Source: Sedimenticolaceae bacterium (lineage in GTDB: Bacteria; Pseudomonadota; Gammaproteobacteria; Chromatiales; Chromatiaceae). Taken from it: a stretch of DNA of 64,000 nt. This document shows, piece after piece, positions 31,930 through 38,219 of the stretch. The translations under genes were made by a program, and so were the position numbers. The DNA lies in the NCBI GenBank assembly GCA_050291725.1, contig JBNKKH010000035.1, positions 7,894 to 71,893 of the forward strand, written 5' to 3'. How positions within the stretch are numbered: the first letter of the stretch is position 1; every line of letters starts with the position of its first letter. The notes beneath the pieces are model-generated. The model searched no databases and was not told where the DNA came from. It worked only from the letters and a program-made list of their open reading frames with translations.

Positions 31930-33183
31930 ATGCCAATGTCCCAAGGTTTTACTGACAGGCTAATCCCACGTCTAGATGAGATTGCTGAACATTTCGGAAC
32001 CCCGTTTCATATCTATGATGAAGCAGGTATCAGAGAAACCGGCAACCACCTAAACGAGATTTTTGCAGGTATCGAAGGCTTCCGCGAGTACTTTGCGGTT
32101 AAGGCTCTGCCCAACCCTGGAATCCTCAATATCACCAGCTCCCTTGGCTTTGGTTTCGACTGCAGTTCTGTAGCAGAGCTGCAGCTCAGTCGTGCTGCCG
32201 GTGGCCGGGGTGAAGACATCATGTTCACTTCCAACAACACCAGTCAGGAAGAGTTCAACGCGGCAGAGGCTGATGGTGGCTGCATTCTGAATCTGGATGA
32301 TATCTCCCTGCTGCAGAAGCTTCCGCATAAACCTGATCTGATCTGTTTCCGCTACAACCCAGGGGAGCGCAGAACCGGCAACCACATAATAGGTCATCCA
32401 GAAGAGTCTAAGTATGGTGTCACCTATGAGCAGATTCTAGATGCCTACCGTCAGGCCCAGGAGATGGGTATAGAGCGCTTTGGTCTGCACACCATGCTGG
32501 CTTCAAATGAGCTGAACTACACCTACATGGTGGAGACCTCAGACATGTTATTGGAGATGGTGGAGTTCATCTCTAGCGAACTGGATATCACCTTCGAATT
32601 TATCAATATCGGCGGCGGTCTGGGTATCCCCTATCGTCCCGACGACGCTCCTCTGAATATAGAGGCCATGGCCCGCGAAATTACTGAACATTTTGTCCAA
32701 TTCAGACAGCGCAACGGCTATGCACCTAGGCTGTTTGTAGAGAGTGGCCGTTACATCACCGGACCCCATGGTGCTCTGGTGACTCGCGCTATTAACCGCA
32801 AAGAGATATACCGCACCTACGTGGGAGTTGACGCCTGCATGTCATCTCTTATGCGTCCTGGAATGTATGACGCCTACCACCACATCACAGTGCCAGGAAA
32901 GAGCGGAGATGAGGAGGTGGTGGATGTAGCTGGATCCCTGTGCGAAAACAACGACAAGTTTGCTGTTCAGCGCGCTCTACCGAAGGTGGAAGATGGTGAT
33001 CTGCTGATAATCCACGACACTGGTGCCCACGGCCATGCCATGGGCTTTAACTACAATGGCCGTCTAAGACCACAAGAGCTGCTGCTGCGCGAAGATGGAT
33101 CTGTGGAATTGATTCGTCGCGCAGAGACCCTAGATGATCATTTCGCAACCTTAGATTTCGAAGATAAGGTGTTGGGTATTTAA
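31930..33183 (+). CDS. lysA: PLP-dependent decarboxylase of the diaminopimelate decarboxylase (LysA) family
   Basis: Fold-III decarboxylase pattern: FHIYDE..., YFAVKALPNPGIL (PLP-Lys), FDCSSVAELQ, GGGLGIPY and CENNDKF. Adjacency to dapL supports DAP as the substrate, but specificity is not proven. Confidence 0.68.
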   Translation: MPMSQGFTDRLIPRLDEIAEHFGTPFHIYDEAGIRETGNHLNEIFAGIEGFREYFAVKALPNPGILNITSSLGFGFDCSSVAELQLSRAAGGRGEDIMFTSNNTSQEEFNAAEADGGCILNLDDISLLQKLPHKPDLICFRYNPGERRTGNHIIGHPEESKYGVTYEQILDAYRQAQEMGIERFGLHTMLASNELNYTYMVETSDMLLEMVEFISSELDITFEFINIGGGLGIPYRPDDAPLNIEAMAREITEHFVQFRQRNGYAPRLFVESGRYITGPHGALVTRAINRKEIYRTYVGVDACMSSLMRPGMYDAYHHITVPGKSGDEEVVDVAGSLCENNDKFAVQRALPKVEDGDLLIIHDTGAHGHAMGFNYNGRLRPQELLLREDGSVELIRRAETLDDHFATLDFEDKVLGI

Positions 33184-33379
33184 ACCCACTATGTAGGAGC
33201 CCGCCCCTGGGGCGATTTGTCTGGAATTATTCTCGATCTTGAATCGCCCAGAAGGCTGGGCTCTGACCCACATGGCCATGAATGCTCCAAACATTCATTT
33301 GGGATTACCACCCTCCATGGTGGTCAGATGTGGGGGATGCAAAAAGATTGCTTGGAGCAATCGATGCCTACAGCCAAGA

Positions 33380-33688
33380 TCAGGCAAACATATCCACACC
33401 CAGCATATGGCTGATCTGCTCCCGTTCCGCATCCATAGTTTGGGATTGGTAGGCCTGAACCGCCTGCCGCGCTCTAGTGGTTAAACCAGATAAATCATCG
33501 TCTAGGGTCAAAGCGTTAGCCCGACTGCCTAAGCTATTACGTTCTTGATCACTCAGAGAGGTGGGTTGTCTACCTCGCTCCACACGGGTCTCATCCCGCA
33601 GACGGTCAATCTCCTGCGGAAAAGCCTGCGCACGCTGTTGCTGCGCATTTACCAATGGAATCAAGGCACTACCGACGATAGCTGTCAC
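33380..33688 (-). CDS. Hypothetical small protein (102 aa), weak call
   Basis: This is the only sizeable ORF in the 660-bp gap between lysA and the HIT gene. It has a GTG start and no recognisable motif, and it overlaps plus-strand ORFs of similar size. Confidence 0.3.
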   Translation of the reverse strand: MTAIVGSALIPLVNAQQQRAQAFPQEIDRLRDETRVERGRQPTSLSDQERNSLGSRANALTLDDDLSGLTTRARQAVQAYQSQTMDAEREQISHMLGVDMFA

Positions 33689-33846
33689 GGGATTACCAAC
33701 ATTTCAGTAAAGCTTCATACTTAATCATAGACTAAAAACAGGGCCCGGGTATTAGGGCCAGGGCAACTGATGATGGCCGAGCAATATTCTATATCAAAAA
33801 GTTTTTTTCATCCCTGATACCTCTGCCCTATTCATTAGGCCCTGCT

Positions 33847-34191
33847 CTATCCAGGCGGCCAACCCATCTGCCTGCCACCCAGTAAATGTAGATGAATATG
33901 GTACACAGCCTGCCCACCATCGGAGTTGCAGTTCATTACAGTACGGTAGCCTGGTTCAGCCAGCCCCTCCTGGGCCGCCACCTGTTTTGCCACCTGATAT
34001 AGCTTACCCAAAAGCTCTGTATCTTCATCTGTAATGTCATTAATAGTGCTGATGTGTTTTTTAGGAATAATTAGAATATGGGTAGGGGCTTGGGGAGCAA
34101 TGTCACGAAATGCCAGGACATCATCGGTCTCCATTACTGTATCAGGCTTGATCTCGCCAGATACCATTTTACAAAACAGACAGTCACTCAT
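33847..34191 (-). CDS. Histidine triad (HIT) nucleotide-binding protein, HinT-like
   Basis: CLFCKMVSGEI... and HIHLHLLGG histidine triad. Confidence 0.9.
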   Translation of the reverse strand: MSDCLFCKMVSGEIKPDTVMETDDVLAFRDIAPQAPTHILIIPKKHISTINDITDEDTELLGKLYQVAKQVAAQEGLAEPGYRTVMNCNSDGGQAVYHIHLHLLGGRQMGWPPG

Positions 34192-34220
34192 TCTGGGGTC
34201 CTTATCCTCTAAAGAAAGTA

Positions 34221-34817
34221 CTAGATCTCCTGCCGACCGGCAAAAGCGTGAGAAATGGTGCTACCATCAACATACTCCAGCTCACCGCCCATAGGCACTC
34301 CGTGGGCTATACGGGTGGTGCGAACGCTCCTGGAGTGGGCCATATCGCTAATATAGTGAGCAGTGGCCTCCCCTTCTACTGTGGTATTAGTAGCTAGAAT
34401 CAACTCGGTAACTACGCCTTCGTCCAACCTCTGTTGTAGCTGGTCCAGACCTATCTCTTTGGGCCCAATACCATCCAGGGGAGAGAGATGCCCTCCCAAT
34501 ACGAAATAGCGCCCGCGGTAGTCGATGGACTGCTCTATTACCATCAGTTCAGCCGGTGTTTCCACTACACACAAAAGTGAATCATCCCGGTTGTTATTGG
34601 CACAGAGAGAACAAACCTCCATCTCGCTCAGGGTACGGCAACGGTTACAATTCCCTATCTTCTCCATCGCCTCTGCCAATACATTTGCAAGATTACGTCC
34701 GCCCTCACGGTCTCTCTCCAGCAGGTAAAAGGCCATGCGTTGGGCCGATTTTGGACCGACACCGGGCAGACAGCGTAAGGCATCCATCAAATTGGTTAGT
34801 AGAGTTGGACCAGACAT
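34221..34817 (-). CDS. recR: Recombination protein RecR
   Basis: [17 protein letters not shown] (HhH), Cys4 zinc finger [16 protein letters not shown] and a Toprim domain. Confidence 0.95.
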   Translation of the reverse strand: MSGPTLLTNLMDALRCLPGVGPKSAQRMAFYLLERDREGGRNLANVLAEAMEKIGNCNRCRTLSEMEVCSLCANNNRDDSLLCVVETPAELMVIEQSIDYRGRYFVLGGHLSPLDGIGPKEIGLDQLQQRLDEGVVTELILATNTTVEGEATAHYISDMAHSRSVRTTRIAHGVPMGGELEYVDGSTISHAFAGRQEI

Positions 34818-34820
34818 AGC

Positions 34821-35144
34821 TTAGAACGGCATTTTAAACCCTGGTGGTAGACCCATGCCGCTGGTAAGGCCAGACATACTCTCCTTGGTTTTCGCAGCTA
34901 CCTTTTGAACCGCAGCATTTATGGCAGCAGCCACCAGGTCTTCCAGCATCTCTTTATCATCACCAATTAGGCTGTCATCGATTGAGACTCGCTTTACCTC
35001 ATGTTGCCCATTCATCACGATCTTTACCAGGCCGCCACCAGATTCCGCTTCAACCTCTTCCTGAGCTAGCTTCTCCTGGGCCTTCTCCATATCGGCCTGC
35101 ATCTTCTGGACCTGTTTCATCATGTTGCCTAAACCACCACGCAT
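34821..35144 (-). CDS. ybaB: Nucleoid-associated protein YbaB/EbfC
   Basis: 107 aa; [21 protein letters not shown]...; dnaX-ybaB-recR synteny. Confidence 0.93.
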   Translation of the reverse strand: MRGGLGNMMKQVQKMQADMEKAQEKLAQEEVEAESGGGLVKIVMNGQHEVKRVSIDDSLIGDDKEMLEDLVAAAINAAVQKVAAKTKESMSGLTSGMGLPPGFKMPF

Positions 35145-35171
35145 ATGTATATCCTCACTATTTCTATATCG

Positions 35172-36797
35172 TTAATCTATCGGTTTGACCGACTCTCTAA
35201 TCAGCCTGGCACCAAACTGCTCTTCAGCCGCCTTAACTATGGGATCATCTGACATAGCCAGCTCCGCCTCTCTCTGGCGCTCCGCCTTGGCCCGAGCATG
35301 CTTCTGAGCAGGAGTCTCAGTTTCAGGTTGTTCAACCTTAATCTGCAGTTTTATCTGTTTTCCTAAAAACTCATTTAGGGCTCTATGGAGATTCTTCTCT
35401 GAACTCTCTACCAGCATATGCTCGTGGGCCGGGTCCAAAGTCAGAGTAATAGTCGAATCGACCATTTCACGATACTGACAGTTTTCTGCAAGTTGGCGTG
35501 AAATACCCCCAAGTTTAAGCCTGTTTACCACTTCATCCCAGTTTGCCAATTCTTGCGCGGTTCCGGTTTGAATTGACTCTGGCGCTATCTCTGGTTTTGA
35601 CGCAGGTGCTGGCTCGTTGATTTTATTGTTAGCTGGTGCGGCCTGCTGCTGTGGCTTAACCGCTGAAGCTAGCGGCTTTTTTCCGCTACTTCCCCCTCCC
35701 TGACTAGCAGCTGGTTCGGGACGAAATGCCAACATGCGCAGCAGAGTCATTTCAAAACCGCTTCTGGGATCTGGGGCTAAAGGAAGATCTCTTTGTCCCA
35801 GCAGGCCAATTTGATAAAACAGCTGTATATCCTCTTTGGAGATTTTATCCGCTAAGGCCTGTATCTGTTCGAAGTCGTTATCACTTGGCTCTACTGCATC
35901 TGGAACTGCTTGAAACAGGGCAACTCTGTGCAGCAGTGATAACATATCCTGCATAACGCTGGAGAAATCTGGAACTCGTTCTGCCAACTCCTCCACACAA
36001 TTTACCACCTGCTGTGCATCCAGATTTGCCAGAGCATCCAGCAGTTGAAATATCTGTTCACTGGCAATGGTTCCAAGCATGGTGCGCACTTCAGCATCTT
36101 TAACTTCCCCGCCGCCGAATGCTATGGCCTGATCCATGAGACTCAGACCATCTCGCATACTGCCATCGGCTGCACGCGCTAACTGCATCAAGGCAGAACT
36201 ATCATGCTCAATCGACTCATCCTTTAGTATCAGCTCTAGCCGATCCTGAATCTGATTCAGAGGCAGACGCTTGAGATTAAACTGGAGACAGCGAGATAAA
36301 ACTGTAACCGGTACTTTCTGAGGATCGGTAGTGGCTAGCAGGAACTTCACATGGGGAGGAGGCTCTTCCAAAGTTTTCAGTAGCGCGTTAAAGCTGCTGT
36401 CTGAGAACATGTGTACCTCGTCGATAATGTACACCTTGTAGCGGCCTCGAACCGGGGCATAGGGTACGTTATCTAGTAACTCTCTGGTTTGATCAACCTT
36501 GGTACGGGAGGCTGCATCTACCTCCAGCAGATCAACAAAACGTCCTTCATCAATTTCCGTGCAGGCCGCACACTGGCCACAAGGTACGGAGGTTATCCCT
36601 TTCTCACAGTTGAGGGATTTGGCAAATATCCGGGCCAAGGTAGTCTTACCTACCCCACGAGTCCCGGTAAAGAGATAGGCGTGGTGCAATCGCTCATTAT
36701 CCAGGGCATTAGTAAGGGCTCGTACTACATGCTCCTGACCAACCAGTTCGGCAAAAAGACGAGGACGCCACTTTCGGGCTAGGACCTGATAACTCAT
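35172..36797 (-). CDS. dnaX: DNA polymerase III subunits tau/gamma
   Basis: YQVLARKWRPRLFAELVGQEHV, Walker A GTRGVGKTT, zinc module CEKGITSVPCGQCAAC and SRC motif LSRCLQF. Confidence 0.95.
   Translation of the reverse strand: MSYQVLARKWRPRLFAELVGQEHVVRALTNALDNERLHHAYLFTGTRGVGKTTLARIFAKSLNCEKGITSVPCGQCAACTEIDEGRFVDLLEVDAASRTKVDQTRELLDNVPYAPVRGRYKVYIIDEVHMFSDSSFNALLKTLEEPPPHVKFLLATTDPQKVPVTVLSRCLQFNLKRLPLNQIQDRLELILKDESIEHDSSALMQLARAADGSMRDGLSLMDQAIAFGGGEVKDAEVRTMLGTIASEQIFQLLDALANLDAQQVVNCVEELAERVPDFSSVMQDMLSLLHRVALFQAVPDAVEPSDNDFEQIQALADKISKEDIQLFYQIGLLGQRDLPLAPDPRSGFEMTLLRMLAFRPEPAASQGGGSSGKKPLASAVKPQQQAAPANNKINEPAPASKPEIAPESIQTGTAQELANWDEVVNRLKLGGISRQLAENCQYREMVDSTITLTLDPAHEHMLVESSEKNLHRALNEFLGKQIKLQIKVEQPETETPAQKHARAKAERQREAELAMSDDPIVKAAEEQFGARLIRESVKPID
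35656..35700 (-). promoter_or_regulatory. Candidate programmed -1 ribosomal frameshift cassette in dnaX
   Basis: The minus strand reads CAGGGAGGGGGAAGTAGCGG-A_AAA_AAG-CCGCTAGCTTCAGCGG-TTAA. An SD-like GGGAGGGGG lies ~9 nt upstream of the heptamer. A_AAA_AAG is in the same codon phase as in E. coli dnaX. A 5-bp hairpin (CCGCT/AGCGG) follows directly, and the -1 frame reaches TAA after 6 codons. Confidence 0.5.
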
Positions 36798-36991
36798 ATG
36801 GATTGCTATTCTAAATCGCCAAAAAGGGTATTCTAACCCTACTGGAAGCAGTAGCCTAGTGCCGTCTTAGAACAGATCCCCTATTTACATCCATTAGGAA
36901 TATAGTGCGAGACCAAATAACTATAAAAAGCACAGGTCACATGACGTAGATGGGCTATTTGGGTTAATTTTAAGGAGTAGAATTTAACAAT

Positions 36992-37106
36992 GGCGGCGGC
37001 CCGCACCAGCCACACCCCGGCACACGTATCCACTATTGCGGCTGCTCCCTTCCGGGCCTGACCGGGTTCACAGTTTCACGTTGCGAGGGGACCGACACAG
37101 GCCACC
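36992..37106 (-). ncRNA. ffs: Signal recognition particle RNA (4.5S RNA)
   Basis: The minus strand reads GGTGGCCTGTGTCGGTCCCCTCGCAACG...CCGGTCAGGCCCGGAAGGGAGCAGCCGC...GTGTGCCGGGGTGTGGCTGGTGCGGGCCGCCGCC. It is co-linear with E. coli 4.5S RNA, including the domain IV core GGUCAGG(U/C)CCGGAAGG(A/G)AGCAGCC. The 5' and 3' ends pair. It lies upstream of dnaX, a common synteny. Confidence 0.9.
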
Positions 37107-37111
37107 ATAAC

Positions 37112-37137
37112 AAAAAAGACCAGGCAGTTCCTGGTCT
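37112..37137 (-). terminator. Terminator-like hairpin plus T-run ending 5 nt before the ffs 5' end
   Basis: The minus strand reads AGACCAGG-AACTG-CCTGGTCT-TTTTTG, a perfect 8-bp stem. Confidence 0.45.
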
Positions 37138-37155
37138 GTATGTACTCGATTTTAT

Positions 37156-37447
37156 ACGTCAAGACGAGAGGATTACTCACGCTACGCGCTCGTTCTGCTG
37201 ACCTCCGGTCCTGGTCGAACCATCTTTTGAGTCGTAGGTTCGAATCAAATGTATTACATCTGATGTATAAAACTCTCCACTCCATGGAGAACTCTATTTA
37301 TTGGTCGGAGCGAGAGGATTACTCACGCTACGCGTTCGTTCTGCGGACCTCCGGTCCTGGTCGAACCATCTTTTGAGTCGTAGGTTCGAATCAAATATAT
37401 TACATCTGATGTATAAAACTCTCCACTCCATGGAGAACTCTATTTAA
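37156..37447 (-). repeat. Two tandem 146-bp units (about 97% identical) immediately 3' of tRNA-Pro, each ending in a copy of the tRNA 3' end
   Basis: Unit 2 (37302-37447) and unit 1 (37156-37301) differ at about 4 positions outside the first 9 nt of unit 1. TGGTCGGAGCGAGAGGATT (plus strand) recurs at 37302 and 37448, a period of 146. Confidence 0.88.
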
Positions 37448-37524
37448 TGGTCGGAGCGAGAGGATTCGAACCTCCGACCCCCACAACCCCATTGTGGTGC
37501 GCTACCAAGCTGCGCTACGCTCCG
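37448..37524 (-). tRNA. tRNA-Pro (anticodon GGG)
   Basis: The minus strand reads CGGAGCGTAGCGCAGCTTGGTAGCGCACCACAATGGGGTTGTGGGGGTCGGAGGTTCGAATCCTCTCGCTCCGACCA. It has a perfect 7-bp acceptor stem, anticodon loop AUGGGGU and an encoded CCA. It is near-identical in architecture to E. coli proL. Confidence 0.93.
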
Positions 37525-37576
37525 AGAGCGCGCATACTAGGCTTAGAAGCCATATATGTCAACGCTATATTCTACT

Positions 37577-37936
37577 CTACCGCTTGAGAATATGCAGAAC
37601 CTCTTCCAGCTCTGTTCTTAGCTGCTTAATGATATCCTGGCTCTGATGATAATCCTCTTTCACTTCGTTGCCAGTCAGTTGCTGCCTGGCACCACCGATG
37701 GTGAAGCCCTGTTCATACAGCAAATTTCTTATCTGACGGATCATCAGAACATCATGCCGTTGGTAGTAACGCCTGTTTCCCCTTCTTTTAACCGGCTTTA
37801 GCTGAGGAAACTCCTGTTCCCAATACCTGAGCACATGTGGTTTAACGCCACACAGATCGCTAACTTCACCAATGGTGAAATAGCGTTTGCCAGGTATTAC
37901 TGGTAGATCTGCTGTAGTGCTACTCGCGTCCAGCAT
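37577..37936 (-). CDS. MerR-family transcriptional regulator (the conserved ihfA-downstream type)
   Basis: [45 protein letters not shown] helix-turn-helix. It occupies the same position as the MerR gene after ihfA in Pseudomonas. Confidence 0.85.
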   Translation of the reverse strand: MLDASSTTADLPVIPGKRYFTIGEVSDLCGVKPHVLRYWEQEFPQLKPVKRRGNRRYYQRHDVLMIRQIRNLLYEQGFTIGGARQQLTGNEVKEDYHQSQDIIKQLRTELEEVLHILKR

Positions 37937-38216
37937 ATGCCTCTACCCTCGCTTTTAGTTTCTGTCCAGGACGGAAAGTTACTACTCTACGTGCTGTGAT
38001 CGGAATCTCAGCGCCAGTTTTGGGATTACGCCCAGGTCTCTCCCCTTTCTCACGCAAGTCAAAATTGCCAAATCCTGACAATTTAACTTGAGAACCTTGC
38101 TCCAATGCCTCACGTGTTCTTTCGAAAAACAGTTCTACCATCTCTTTGGCTTCACGCTTGTTCAGACCAAGCTCGTCGAATAGTCTTTCGGCCATATCGG
38201 CCTTGGTTAGTGCCAT
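37920..38216 (-). CDS. ihfA: Integration host factor alpha subunit
   Basis: [31 protein letters not shown]...[26 protein letters not shown]. Confidence 0.94.
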   Translation of the reverse strand: MALTKADMAERLFDELGLNKREAKEMVELFFERTREALEQGSQVKLSGFGNFDLREKGERPGRNPKTGAEIPITARRVVTFRPGQKLKARVEAYAGRE

Positions 38217-38219
38217 TTG

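Noticed and set aside
33217-33484. Plus-strand ORFs of 65 and 81 aa after lysA.
   Set aside because: They overlap each other and the minus-strand 102-aa ORF, none has a motif, and I cannot discriminate between them by eye. Only the longest is listed, at low confidence.
37076-37376. ORFs of 69 aa (minus) and 78 aa (plus) across the SRP RNA, terminator and 146-bp repeat region.
   Set aside because: They overlap an RNA gene and tandem non-coding repeats. The translated repeat simply reiterates, and there is no SD.
37156-37447. Possible CRISPR array or rRNA/tRNA operon spacer repeats.
   Set aside because: There are only two long (146-bp) contiguous units with no unique spacers between them and no cas genes. 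They are tRNA-derived, not CRISPR-like.
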